Shown piece by piece: positions 38,197 to 51,654 of a stretch of DNA of 64,000 nucleotides. The first letter of the stretch is position 1, and every line of letters begins with the position of its first letter. Both the position numbers and the translations under genes were made by a program. The stretch lies in contig NC_043002.1 of the NCBI RefSeq assembly GCF_006345805.1, positions 24,862,001-24,926,000 on the forward strand, given 5' to 3'. This stretch comes from Octopus sinensis (taxonomy: Eukaryota). The notes beneath the pieces were generated by a model. That model was not told the origin of the DNA. It worked only from the letters and a program-made list of their open reading frames with translations, and ran no database searches.

Positions 38197-38569
38197 ATAT
38201 ATATATATAGATAGATAGATAGATTATCCGGGGTCTCCGTGTGCATCGCGAAACCATGGATCTGCTCTAAAAGTTCCTATGAGAGGTGCAGGCTAGAACA
38301 AGAGCTTTTTCATGGGAAACCAGCTGTTACCAAGAGATACGAGTTGGTCTTCTACATGCTACAGAAATGTTTGGAGTTACTCCCCTTGTTGTCGTCTTCA
38401 GTCTTACCTTTTTTATGCTACCTCGAGATTTGGTTTTAAAGAAACATTAGCTTCATAAATTATGGTTTCTGCATTGCAAGGTTTATTCACTGAACATGCA
38501 TTGGGTGTTAATTTTTTTTTATTGGTATAGCTAAAAGATTTTATGAAAGTTATTAGTTAAAATTGGCTG

Positions 38570-39215
38570 AGTGATCGGGATGGCGGGGAAGGGTATCTTT
38601 TCAAGTCGGCGTAAAAGCGAGACAGAGAGAGCGCGATTGGATCGGGGAAGTTCTTTTGAAGTTGGCCTTCCGTCTGTGCACGCGCGCGTGCGTGTGTGTC
38701 TGTGAATGCTATAATTTTGTTCCTGCTGCTAACTTTTTCTTTCTCTCGGTTTATTATTTTTTTGTTTGTTGGCGATTTAATGATCAGATTCATTGATACG
38801 TTTTTATTAATTTTTTTTTTTCGTTTATATAATTTGTTTTGAAATGTATTATATAAATACAGGCCCGTAATTCAATTCTTGATAGTATGAATCAGGAAGC
38901 CTTTGGTTACAGAGACGTTTGGAACTTAAAATCATTCATTTTATTTTCGTTTTGCACACACACGCCTGTACACACAAACACACGCACGCCTGTACACACA
39001 AACACACGGACAGAATTTTGCACACACACACACGCACGCCTGTACACACAAACACACGGACAGAATTTTGCACACACACAAACACCGACTCACAAGCACA
39101 TCAATTCTTCTGATTCACGCCAACTTCAAAAGAACTTCCCTCATACACTCGCGCTCTCTCTGTCTCTTTCGCTTTCACGCCGACTTCAAAAGATCCCATC
39201 CCCCCCAACCCCATA
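38570..39215. mobile_element. Putative MITE with ~120-bp imperfect inverted arms
   Basis: 38580-38700 is the reverse complement of 39090-39210 (gccaacttcaaaagaacttccc, gccgacttcaaaagat). Confidence 0.55.
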
Positions 39216-41929
39216 TGTAAAAAAATAAAATCATTTTACGGAGATCGACGATCATCTTCACAAAAGTAAATAAACACACGTAGTTTGTAACTAGCAGTCA
39301 TGTGTTCTTGTAACGAAAGATCGCCACATTTATATATATGGGCATTATATAAAGAATGTCTTTACATGTAATCTTGCAGGCCACCCTTACAAGGAAGCTC
39401 CATAATGTCTGCTTCCTTCTGTCTGACCCCGCCACTTTCCGAAATATTCTCCCACCAGCTTGACATGTATTTGCAGCCTGCAAACCTACAAGTCTAGAGT
39501 TCCATCGGTCAAACTGAATAGTCTGCTTAATCTCGATCATATTTTTTTCTTCTGTCCCTTCATCCACCACACTTTCCAAATTGGTGGTCTTGTACCTTCA
39601 AGGACATCTATCACATTAAATGCCAATATAAAGAGAGGAGACTAATCGATTCACAGCATATCTACTGGACACGCAATGCAATAACTATAGATTCTCCAAA
39701 ACGCGTTACACATAACTTCAACTCCTCTAACCATTCATAGCATTAACTTTCTATCTTTAGAGTTCTTCAGTGTCATACAAATATTGTCTTCCAGTTAGGA
39801 ATGACATTTCCTCTACATCCAAATCGTCTACTTCCCTGCATAATACTGTACATCATCATTCTATGTCTGTTTTCAAATTGGCAAGTGGTGAATGGTTCAT
39901 CATGGTCCAACTCAGTTGTTATTCACAGTCACTGCCTTCCTAAATGATTTGGAGGACTGCATCACACTCAGACGTTTCTGTTGAGACCTGATTTCTATGG
40001 TTGGATGCTCTTCCTAACACCAACCATTTAACCTAACATACTAAATGCATTTTATTGTTGCATTCGCACTGGTAAGGTTGCCTTGTAACTTGCTAGACAA
40101 AGGAACCCCAACTATCTCTGAACGGAAAATTACATAGACTGAGCTTAAGGCAAGATACTTGGAGAAGTTAAGGTATTGTAGTATTGGATTCGATCCAGCG
40201 TTTTACCACATAGAAACCCCAGTTCAGTCATGTGCATAACCGAGATGTTATTCAATGAATGACCATTGGTTACGTGATAGTTCGGTGGTCTGATTAGGAC
40301 TTTCCGTGAGCGAGGCCTACAAATACAACCAAACTGAGCACCAAAAATTCAGTGTCTCGGGTTGGATTGGTGTACAGTCTCCTAATAGTTGTTTTCACAG
40401 TTGCATATTCAACTGGGCATGATCGAAGAAGACATACCACGGCACCTGAATAATGTATTTGATATGTAAAAATTAGCCTAAATGTTGAGTCTCTAACAAA
40501 GACTTTCTGTGCATGTCTAAATGTTTCCATTAAGAGTAGAGTATGAACACCTTTCCTATTAAAGTAACAAGTAAATTATTTCCCAATACACAAAGAGGCC
40601 TTCCCTGTTGCAGTATGATGGGAGGAACAAATTAATTAAGAAGTGAGTAGTACAAGAGACAATGCTAGTGCAGAATGAGAGAAGGGAAACAGTGGTGCTA
40701 GGAGTTAGTAAGAGATCATTGTAAGAATGTTTGGGTGTGTTGAGTAAAAGGGATCCAATACTACCCTTGAATGTTTTGGATGGATATGAACGGGTGGGTA
40801 TGTGAAAGATACACAACAGAAAGAAAATTGAATGATAGTAAGAATATAAAGAACTCTGGCGATAGGCTCAATGAATCAATGAAAGAGAAACTGGAAGATG
40901 TCTTAGAGATGGGGAATAGGAAGAATACAGTCTGTTTGATTTTCTTTATCTAAAGTTTCAGAAGTTCGATATTGATAGAACTTGGCCGTCCAGACGGAGG
41001 GAAAGCTGTAAAAGAAAACCCTCCCGATGGCCAAACCATCGTTAACATATTCATACACTTAAAGCTTCATTTCCATACAGAACGAATATTTCTTATCCCT
41101 TCTATTGCTGAAGGGCTTCTTTTGAATTCATAAAGCATGCAGTGTCTGATGTCTAATCGCATTTCAACGGGTAAAATCGTTACATATTTAACCACTACGG
41201 CATACATATATACGCACACATACACGATCAATACATACATACAAATATGTAGACAGGCAGATAAATGGATAGGTAGATAATGAATAAACTCTCATGTACA
41301 CACACACATACGTATCAGATTTGGAACGATAAAGAATTTTGAAGTAAATGTTTGTTAAATATTACAAATATAATTATGATGTCAGCGATAGTTGCGTACA
41401 TAATAACGATGATGCTGTTAGCCATAGTTATGACCACGGTCTGGATTGATTTCGCTGTGCCTCTCCAGGACACCTCTGATCTATCTGGCTGTCAGATTTA
41501 TAACAGACGAACATACAGACGCGATCAACTAATCGCTTGAAACACATATTTCTCTACGTCGAATTTTGAGTGACAGACCAGCATTCTGATCGCTTTCAAA
41601 CCAGTGAAATACCTCCTCTGTTTTGTGGTACCCATTGTTTCTCCAGCTTCTATGCACACATAAGAATATTTGAAGATTTTGCTGCCGCCAAATCTGACTG
41701 GTCGAGCGACCGCGTGGAAGCTCCTGGACGATGTTGTTGATGATGATAGTTATAGTGTTGATGATAATGATGTTGATAAGGAGAAAAAAGAGGAGAAGGA
41801 GGAAGGGCATAGTTATTATCAAGTAAGTATTGCTGATGTTAATTATGACCACAATGTTGATGATGACTATAATCATCGTTGTGATTAGGATTATAATTAT
41901 GATTTGTTGTTTCTGTTGATGATGATGAT

Positions 41930-42260
41930 AATGTTGAGCGAAGCAGTCTTCTGTAGTGAGAGAAGTCCGAAACGTGGTCCTTTGCTATTCGTAAGACCCT
42001 CAAAAGAGAAAGCAGGTCAACCCCCGACACCGAGAGCATCAACGGATAGATGAATGCGCATCCAGGCTCAGCGGTTGCGTAGGAAATCGGGGACAAGAAA
42101 CAGGAAGAAAGAGTGAGAGAAAGTTGGAGTGAAAGAGTACAACAGGGAACTTTAGGTGTTTTCACTCAATAAACACACACAACGCCCGGTCTGGGAATCG
42201 AAACCGTGATCCTCCGACCGCGAGTCCGCTGCTCTAAGTATTGGGCCATTGCGCCTCCAC
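41930..42260 (-). mobile_element. tRNA-derived SINE family D
   Basis: Head tggaggcgcaatggcccaa...ggtttcgattcccag (A and B boxes) and (TCA)n tail. Confidence 0.7.
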
Positions 42261-42869
42261 AGTTGTTGCTGTTGTTGATGATGATGTTGACATGACAACG
42301 AGAAGAGTGATTATGAGACGAAGCGAAACCGACGATGACATGTGGTCTTAAAAGTAATCTTAAAATGCTTAATTCTCCTATAGTATTCACCTTTTATTTG
42401 CAAAAATCTTATCAAAACGGTGTACATCTATTCTCATTTAACACGAGGATTTAGTTTAAAAAACTAACAAATAAACAAAAATGTAAATGGAACGAATGAT
42501 AAATTAATTGACACTAAACTCGCGGCCCACAGCAGCGAAGTTTCCACTCATATTTTCTTGACCATCTCTTTTCCTGTAGAGAATAGATCCATCTGCCTGC
42601 GTCCTTTGTTAGCATCAGGCGCCTTCGTATTTTCTAGTTCACTGATGGGTGTTATATAAATCTTTATAAAAATTACGCAGCCTCGTAAACAAGTCATGTA
42701 AACACAATCGATAATTAGAGCATTTTGGGTAACTGAGCATTGCGGGTGGTTGTCGGGGCACGCTTTAGTGGACCAAGCAGAATCTTCGGTTGATCGCTAC
42801 TCGTATTATCACAGATCAGTCCGTAATAAGATTAACATGGTTCACAATTAAGTACATTGTCTTGCATTT

Positions 42870-43190
42870 ATCGAAGAGGAGATTATGATTCTGAAAAAAA
42901 ATCTTCGTAAATTTTTTTTTCTAAATATGCCTAAAAATACGGACATTATGATTCGGACAAAAATTTCGAAACATTTCTGTAGTTACGGTTAGAGTTAGGG
43001 TTGGAGTTGGGAAAAAAATTCAAAATTGAAAAATTGGGGGAGGGGGATTTAACAATGCCGATTTTTGGCAATTTTCCGGCAACTTGCTATCCTAAAACGG
43101 GGGGGTTTTGACAAAAAAAAAATGTTTAATTAACAAATTTTGGGAGAAAATAGTGGGGAGGGGGGCGGAAGTCTTTCCAAGAATGTAATG
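42870..43190 (+). repeat. Dispersed repeat with GGTTAG motifs (homologue about 56000-56380)
   Basis: Shared tgattctgaaaaaaa, ttagggtt, gatttttggcaattttcc, ggaagtctttcc. Confidence 0.65.
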
Positions 43191-44399
43191 CATAAGCCTA
43201 TGTCACAAGACATAATCGTTTTCCAAATGTCATTATTTTCTCTATGGTTATTCAGCAAAGTATTTCCTTTTTAGCCCAGTGATTACACTAGAGCAATCAG
43301 GGGCAAAGTGCAGCCTGTAGGACTTTCTGAATGGCCTGCCTAATTTGATGAGAAAAATAATGTTTATCGAAATTACCCGCTTCTCAAAAAAGTTTACCCA
43401 TGCCTGCTCTAGATTTATATTTTTTTACGCTTACATCAAAATATTCTCAAATCACATCTTAATATACATTATACTGCACTAAAAAGTAACTTGTTCTCAG
43501 CTAGAACACCTTAATCTGTTCAATTATGACTTACCAGGCATTAAACATCACAAAAATTATTTCATAAATTGTTGTTTAACCCCAGATCAGCTTTTATCAA
43601 GAAGACTGTGAGCAAAGGCATTCCAGCTATTACCATCCCAACTTTTGCCTGTATGAAAGGAACCCTGGTCTGCATTATCTAACATGTCCCTTTTAAAGAT
43701 AGTGGGATGATTTGAAGGAGATTATTTTATCAGACTGAATAACCACTAGTCTCTCTTGTTGACTGATGTTTTATTAAGTCAGTCAAAAGAAGAAAGACAG
43801 TGTTCATGATCTACATCAATAAGTTCCACCTGCTACCCTCTGAAAAACATAGATACTAAAAACTATAATTTCTTTCTCATTGCCAATTTCAATCTCAGCC
43901 AAACTATCACCATCTTTGTGGCTATCAAATCACACAACTCCTGACTACACCACCTGCTACCACCCTTTCTTTCCAATTTCTGTGATAGTCAACTAGTTTC
44001 ATCAAGTTTTGTTTTATGTAAACTATCCCTAATAGCATATGTACTTCACTTCTGGACCAGAAACAGCTACGTATGTGACTGAAAGTATCTCCCTTTAACA
44101 TCCCACGTACAACCAAAACCTGTCGCCTCATGATCCCACAAGTGGTTCACTCTGAGCAGCACTTCATTTGTTAAAAATAAAAACAACCTATATGGCTTGG
44201 AGAAAATCATCCCCACGCCTACTCAACACTGCAAGCTCATTATCAGAACAATGAAGAATGCCTCAGTGTATCAGCCTGCAAGCTTACAAACTATAGTCAA
44301 TCCTTTTTGGTCCCTTACCAAAAAGAATCTCTCCCAATTCAATGGAATCTACCTTTTATTCATTTCGCTACCATGTTTCTGTAAGTAGGAATTCCTATA

Positions 44400-45900
44400 G
44401 AAGCTTTTACATTTGCTGCATACTTGATTTCACACTCTAGATAATTCTCCAGCAAAACTATCCTTTTCCACTCCACCAGACTCACCATTATGCACAAACA
44501 TACAAGGTGCAAAGTACCACAGATCACTTTAAACCAACAGAGCTACAATCCTCATAATGTCCCTTTCATTATCTTAAGTAACATATCCCAAAGAGGATAA
44601 AGACTAACCTTTATCTTCACTAAACTTTTTAATCTCTCTCTCTCTCTCCCAATATATCTTGTTCTTTGACATGTTCTGTTCCCAAGAAGGGCAACCCATC
44701 TAACTCTGGCAACTATCATCCTATTACACTTCAAAAGTCTCAAAGCTGCTGAGGACAGCCTTTAACAACAATCTTATTCATCACCTTGACTCCGTCTACC
44801 ATCTTAATGACCACCAGTTTGGCCTCATAAACACATCTTCTCTTGTATGTCTGCTAGAGATCTACTATTACGTCACACACTTATCGGCTTTCGCTCTTGA
44901 AAACCTTGAAATTTGGTGAAAACAGTGTTGTTGCCCTCAACATCAGCTAAGTTTGCTATTAACTCAAACAATGCCCACTGTTCATTCCTCTCTGACCTTC
45001 CACATTCAGGTATTATCTATATGCAACCTAGACACTGTACACCAAATCTGCACAGACTCCAACAACAGAGACCTTGAATTTTGTTTTTGGATTTGGTTTG
45101 CAAGATTCTTTATGTGAGTTCATGTGTTGAAGCATATTCTATTGTGCCTGGGGAGAGTTATTTTCTTTTTGTGCCTTATAATATAACACACTCACCAGTA
45201 AAATTTCCACTTTTTTTTCTTATTTTTATTTTCCTAAAATTTTCGTTGCATCTTGCAACCTCTTCAATAGTTTTGACTATTGACTAAGAGTCAAAACTAT
45301 TGAAAAGGTTGCAAGACGCAACAAAAATTTTAGGAAAATAAAAATAGGAAAAAAAGTGGAAATTTTATTGGTGAGTTATATTATAAGGCACAAAAAGAAA
45401 ATGACTCTCCCCAGACACAACAGAGACCTTGAAATTATCCCCCAAAGGAGTCATATCAATATTCTCCTTCAACTGTATAAAAACACAATCACACATATCA
45501 AGAATTTATCATCACATCCACCAACTAGAACTTTCAAGGTCACTACATATGCTAGGTTTTACCATCACTGAGAATCTCTACAGCCACTCATCAACAGGCT
45601 CTAACACTAATTTCTGGCCTACAGACATGTTGCTTCCTTTCCCCCTCTGTGCATTTCTACTACTACTGCTACTACTATAATAGCTTCTGCTCCTTGGAAA
45701 TTACATGGTCTTGTACCACATCCAAACACATATTCCTGACTCATTCATCTCTTATAACCCATTGTGTGTCCAACCTACAGGTCCAAAACTAATCAACGTC
45801 CAGGTTTTCCTTTCCAGAACATCATCTTTCCGGAATTCCCACTCTACAAAATTTTTTCCTCTAATTATCAATTTGCACCTACTCTAAAAAAATATTAACT
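44400..45900 (+). mobile_element. Degenerate CR1/Jockey-group LINE interrupted by the hairpin insertion
   Basis: VPKKGNPSNSGNYHPITL, LNDHQFG, VALNIS; after the insertion SLHMLGFTITENL and FLSRTSSFRNS. Confidence 0.55.
45142..45420. repeat. Long near-perfect inverted repeat (arms 137 and 132 bp, 10-nt loop) with a flanking 17-bp direct repeat
   Basis: 45142-45278 versus 45289-45420; ACAACAGAGACCTTGAA at 45062-45078 and 45417-45433. Confidence 0.9.
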
Positions 45901-45997
45901 GTGTTAATCTCATTAGTTTTGGAGGGTCTGCGTCAGGCACTACCCCTTCCTTCAAATGAAATCAATAAAAAAAAAAAGAAAAGATTTTCAGAGGCTG

Positions 45998-46455
45998 ATG
46001 CTCAGCTTGGCTATGTGGTAAGAAGTTTGCTTCTCAACCAAAGTCCCACTGTGTGGCGCCTTAGGCAAGTGTCTTCTACTATAGCCTCGGGTCAACCAAA
46101 GCCTTGTGAGTGGATTTGGTAGACAGAAACTGAAAGGAGCCTGTAATATATCCTCATCATCATCATCGTTTAGCATCTGCTTTCCATGCTAGCATGGGTT
46201 TTATATATATATATATATATATAGGGAGAGTTTACGAAAAAAAAAACAAAAGACGATATATATATGTTTGTACCCACACCATCACTTGATAACTGATGTT
46301 GGTGTGTTTACATCCCCCGTAACTTAGCGGTTCGGCAAAAAAGGACAGACAGAATAAGTATTAGGCTTACAAAGAATAAGTCCTGGGGTTGATTGCTTTA
46401 ACTAAAGGCGGTGCTCCAGCATGGCAGCAGTCAAATGACTGAAACAAATAAAAGA
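45998..46455 (+). mobile_element. SINE family A split by nested RTE-tail, (TA)n and PLE stub
   Basis: 5' half 45998-46146, 3' half 46255-46455. Confidence 0.75.
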
Positions 46456-46659
46456 ATAGGTTCATGGCTACTGGAAAAGAGACACAAGAATGATTTTCTG
46501 ATGGTTGCCAGGATTTACAAAGTGCATATTGCAGGATCTAGGATCAGTAGAAGTCATGTGATGAGTAGTGATGTCCAGCAGGGCCTGATTAAGGGAACTG
46601 AAACAACAATGTGATGGAGATTAATTTTATATTAAAATTAGATAAATTTTAATCTTCCG

Positions 46660-46830
46660 GGCATGGCTGTGTGGTTAGGGAGCTTGCTTCCTATCTACAT
46701 GGTTTCAGGTTCAGTCCCACTGCGTGGCACTTTGGGTAGGTGTCTTCCGCTATAGCCCCGAGCTGACCGAAGCTTTGTGATTGAATTCGGCAGGCGGAAG
46801 TTACTGCCGTGTGTGTATATGTGCATGTAG
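46660..46830 (+). mobile_element. SINE family A 5' half
   Basis: tggctgtgtggttagggagcttgcttcc...ggttcagtcccactgcgtggcac. Confidence 0.7.
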
Positions 46831-47339
46831 GTGCTTGTGCCTCTCCGAAAGAGAGAGAGGGGTAAAGAACAATTTATCAAATAAACATTTTCAGGATAAA
46901 AATTAGAAAGCACCAAGGAGGTCAGTAAATGATTTTAGGGATTAAAGTCTTTAAAGGAAATACTGATTTATTAATTCATTTTATAAAAAAATATCACAGA
47001 AAAGAGAATGTGAAAGACAAAGATGAGTTCTGTTATTGAATTAAGCTATATACGAAGTCGGTTCAAAATAAACCAAACTTTTAAACCAATAGGTACAGTG
47101 TCCTTATAACTACAGTACTTTATATGGCTGACCTTGACCTTCAATCTAATATGTTTCTTTTTTACCCACAAGGGGCTAAACATAGAGGGGACAAACAAGG
47201 ACAGATAAACGGATTAAGTCGATTACAACGACCCCAGTGTGTAACTGGTACTTAGATTTATCGACCCCAAAAGGATGAAAGGCAAAGTCGACAATCTCAT
47301 AATAGTCACATCATGCCTTGTCAGTTACATGTGACACAA

Positions 47340-48060
47340 TGAACATGTTTAGCACACCTGGACATTTGCCATAGGTCAAACAATGAAAGATTTGGAAGAG
47401 CAGCCTGTTTGTGTGAAATTCTGTTTTAAATACAAGCCAAATAAGTACAGATTTTTCTCATGTTATAATGGGCCTATAACGAAATTATTTCAGCCATACA
47501 CAATGATACCAGCACTTCAAATTAGGAAGAACCATAGAAGACAATCCTAAACCTGGATGGCCTTCTATGACAACAGATGATGATTGCATTTCAAAAGTGT
47601 ATGCTGTGATTAATAAAAATTGTCACCTAACTAACTGTATAATTTTTCTAAGTAGGCATCTTTAATAGCTTATGTCATATGATTTTAAAAGAAAAATTGA
47701 AGATGCATTATAATGTCATAAAACTTGAGCAGCATCTACAAAAAAAGAGAACTAAATCACAGTATGTCAGAATTTGTATGATTGTTTAGATGCTGATGGA
47801 AACTTTCTGAAAAATTTCATAACAAGCAATGAAATGTGCATGTACAGCTACATAATGTTGAAAGAAAAAGTCATCATAGTGGGTTGGATTGTCATTGCTA
47901 CAACCAAAATAAGTTCATCAGAGTCGCTCAAATGTGTGATGTTAATTGCCCTTTATAATTGGAAAAGAGTCGTTCATCATGAATTTGTTCTACATAGACA
48001 ATTAATACCTCTGAAAATTCATTCCAAAAATAGAAAAAAAAGTATTGGAAATGGTGTATA
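47340..48060 (+). mobile_element. Degenerate mariner (DD34D-type) transposase
   Basis: MKDLEEQPVCVKFCFK, FLKNFITSNEMCMYSY (ITGDETW-like), VMLIALYNWKRVVHHEFV. Confidence 0.7.
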
Positions 48061-50544
48061 AAAAGTGAAGGAAAAAAAAATTAAATTGTTAGAAAAGCAA
48101 TATATTATTTTCTAAACTCAGTTTCTTTTTGTATCTAATGAACATCAGCTAACAACTATCCTGAATAAAGTTAATAAATTTTAACAAAACAGATAAAACA
48201 GAATCCCACATATCTTTACAAACAGATGATAGTCTCAATGTGGTTGGTTGACCTGCTGAGAAAAACAGCCCTTAAATAACACCTTATTGTTTGGTTAATA
48301 CTAGGTACATTATGCTTTAAAAAAAAAAAGATTAATCACAAATATTCTTTTACTATACGTCTGCTTAATTGAGGAATTCTTGCAGTTCAAAATATAGAAT
48401 TCAGAATGTGGTGTTCAGTTCATGAAGCATATATCACCAAGAACCACATAACTGTTCATTATAAAATGATGAAAGTAATCACCATTATAGTTTGTGAGTA
48501 TTAGATATAGAATTTGATTGACTAGAGTGAATACTTCAACCAGTCGTTATGACATTATTGCAATATACTGTTACAGGAATAGCCAATATGAAGTTGTTTT
48601 GTCTAAAATTGGCCCAGATTAAGTAAACCTATAATCAAAAGCATTCCAGCCGTGACCATTTCATATCATCTTTCAGACACCTTATGTGTCTTTCTTTGTT
48701 TAAGACAGTAGAGTGTAACAAGAGGGAGTTTATTTCAGAACGATGAGCAACAGTGTATATATGAAAAAACATGAAAACAAAACTGTTATATCCCTTGTTA
48801 ACTTATTATTTATTCTAACTTTAGTCAACAATCAGGAGTATTTTTCAAAAATGTGTTCGTGAAATAACTGAGAATTTATATAGTATGCAAACAAAAAACA
48901 ATATACGGAATCTCTAACTACTTTCTGGAATGTTTTACATCAAGTTGCTATGATGCTAAACTAAGTAGAGAAAACTTTCAATAAGACACCAGATGATAGC
49001 AGGCAACTTTAACTGACATTGAACCAGACCTGCAGAGCAACAAAATTATCATCTATTTAATATAGCTACTGTTGATTACAAAAGTTAATTTTACTAATCT
49101 GCATGCAGCTTGATGTATTGCACCATAAAGAGAAAAATATACTGGCATGGATAAATTGCACTCATCGTTGTAGTATACAAACTACTGAATCTGTGACATT
49201 TGTATACGTCTAGAGTAAATGTCATATGCTTTGATATTATACATGAACTATACTACTTTATCATGTAAATATGTCAGAAAATACAAGATTCTTTTCACTA
49301 TAAAATGTTGTCTCCTCTTCAGGATTCAATATGCAAACAAATAGCATAAAAATGGATCTGTAAACAACTGAAGAACCATTGGGGGGTGGGATTAGCGTTT
49401 GATTAGTAGTAACTCTGAAATTCACAGTACTAGCTAATTCCCCTACAGTTCATTATTTTGAGGTAGCAAGACACATGGCTACATTTTTAATTACACATCA
49501 TTGGAACTTGGCAGCAAAAACGCAGCCAAATACCAACATAGCACTTAGTGCTTGATCAATATGTCTATGGCTAATTAAATATCTAAAACATCACAAAACT
49601 TGACAAATATTGGTATTACTTGTCCATTGCATAGTAGTGGATGAGTGTGTTGAATTTAGGAAATAGACTTCTGAGTTCAATGCCAGACCAAACACATATA
49701 ATACATATATGTAGAGGCACATGGTCAAGTGATTAGGGTGTTGTACTCATGACTGTAAGACTGTGGTTTTGATTTCTGGACCAGGTGATTCATTTCACAT
49801 TGTTCCAGTCCACTCAGTTGGTGAAAATGAGTAACCCTGCTATTGACTGATGCCCTGTCCAGAGTGGGGAATATATACTCCACAGAATCAGGAAACCAGT
49901 CTTGTGTGTCTATGGCTCAAGAAGGACCTTTAATCCTTTATGGGAGCAGAGAATAAGGCACCAGAGAGGAAATGGAAACTTCAATAGATCAAGGTGTTGT
50001 TAATCATATCAATCCCACTAACTTTTATAATCTTATACTTATTTTATCAATATCTGTTTATCCAATATACAAGTTTAAAACTTTTGTTGCGAAGGGGCAC
50101 AACTTGACACGCTGTTCCACATAGACAACTTTTCCAAAGTGACGAACAGTAGCATTGAACCCAAAACTATGTGGATATGAAGTAAATTTCTTAAACAAAT
50201 ATGCCTGAGCCTTATATGTATGTAATTAATATATGTGGAAATATGAAAATGCAACAAGATTAGTTGTAACAAGTATAGGGAGCCAGAACAGCAAATTGGA
50301 ATTTGGTATATAAACCAGGGCTTAGAGTTAAACTTAACCAAAATAGAGAACAGAAATGCTTGAAAGTATGTTTTTTTGGAAACCTGCCAATCCACATGAG
50401 TATTAAAATAATGAATATGCACATGAAGATGACATTTGCATGACATAAGTCTTTTTGGAGAAGTTGTTGGCAACATCATCATCATCATCATCAAACAATT
50501 TACTTTCAAACCAAATTATGCTGACTTAAACCCTCTATGTCCAA

Positions 50545-50708
50545 ATGATAGGTCACAAATATTGCAGATGTAGGGTCTAATTTTAGTGTGTATGATTTCA
50601 TTCAGCTTTAATAGCACTTATTCACATTTATTGTGTTTCAGTTGTATGAAATATTTCATATCTGGTTAAACTTTTATGAGTTGTGAACACTTTATCACAA
50701 ATATTACA
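50545..50708 (-). pseudogene. Decayed zinc-finger extension in the ZNF3 3' region
   Basis: *CNICDKVFTTHKSLTRYEIFHTTETQ* followed by a frameshifted IHTKIRPYICNI. Confidence 0.75.
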
Positions 50709-51422
50709 TCACAATGCTGGCTCCACAGAATGTTTCAATTTATGTTTATTGAGCTTCTCCTTACGTGAAAATGCTTTGTTGCATGTTTCACATTTGTATT
50801 GTTTCTTAATTGTATGAGATATTTCATGTCTAGTTAAACTAGCACGTGTTGAAAATGTTTTATCACAAATAGGACATTGGAACGCTGGCTCTGTAGAGTG
50901 TGTCAGTTTATGTTCATTTAACTTATCTTTTCGTGAAAATGACTTTTCACAAATTTCACATTGATATGGTTTTTCTCCAGTATGTACCAATTTATGTCTT
51001 GTTAAGTGATTCTTTTCAGTAAAAGTCCACCCACATATATTACACTGGAATGGTTTCACTCCCAAGTGACTAAGCATATGATTTTCAAAGCGGCTCTTAC
51101 GTAAAAATGCCTTTCCACAAATCTCACAAGAAGCAGCATTTCTGTAAGTATGAAGTATTTTATGTCTGTCTAGACTAGATCTTGAGAATTCTTTACCACA
51201 GAAATTACAACTGTACAATTTATCTCCCGTGTGAATTAGTTTGTGTCTATTCAAGTGACTATTAGTTGAAAATGCTGTTCCACAAATTTCACAATTATAT
51301 GGTCTCTCCCCAGTGTGAACCACTTTATGTCTTGTTACATGATGTTTCCTTGAGAATGCTTTACCACAGATTTCACAGATGTGTGAGTGTCTTTTTGTAA
51401 CAAACTGTTTGTTTTCCATCAA
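50709..51422 (-). CDS. C2H2 zinc-finger protein ZNF3, 237 aa, 8 fingers, ending at a probably derived TGA
   Basis: Intact array; further decayed fingers continue in frame past the stop. Confidence 0.9.
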   Translation of the reverse strand: MMENKQFVTKRHSHICEICGKAFSRKHHVTRHKVVHTGERPYNCEICGTAFSTNSHLNRHKLIHTGDKLYSCNFCGKEFSRSSLDRHKILHTYRNAASCEICGKAFLRKSRFENHMLSHLGVKPFQCNICGWTFTEKNHLTRHKLVHTGEKPYQCEICEKSFSRKDKLNEHKLTHSTEPAFQCPICDKTFSTRASLTRHEISHTIKKQYKCETCNKAFSRKEKLNKHKLKHSVEPAL

Positions 51423-51642
51423 TCTGGTACTTTTTTTACAGAAATTTTAACATTTACAATACTGTGACATTGATATTTATGTTGCAGAAATAAAGTTATC
51501 CAATAAACAAATATCCAAAAATTTTCACTCAAATAGCAATGCCGATATTTTCTTCAATGGACCAGGGAAACTTCACAGTAAGTACACAGTTGAATAATCT
51601 TGGCTTCTTTTTAAAATTCTCTTTTCAAGATACAAAGCTGTC

Positions 51643-51654
51643 CTGAAATACAAC
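51643..51654 (-). promoter_or_regulatory. ZNF3 splice acceptor GTTGTATTTCAG|G
   Basis: Conserved in all four ZNF genes. Confidence 0.8.

Noticed and set aside
40200-40960. Moderately complex segment with short ORFs (40294-40530, 40771-40953)
   Set aside because: No recognisable motif; probably old TE debris; needs tBLASTx
41529-41930. ORFs with Ile/Asn or Asp runs
   Set aside because: Degenerate (ATG/ATC)n trinucleotide tract
42170-42260. Possible tRNA gene (also the heads of SINE families A-C)
   Set aside because: A and B boxes present but no full cloverleaf, and it runs into a SINE body
42985-43010. TTAGGG-like motifs (also about 56183-56198 and 57398-57410)
   Set aside because: Only two or three units inside dispersed repeats; not interstitial telomere arrays
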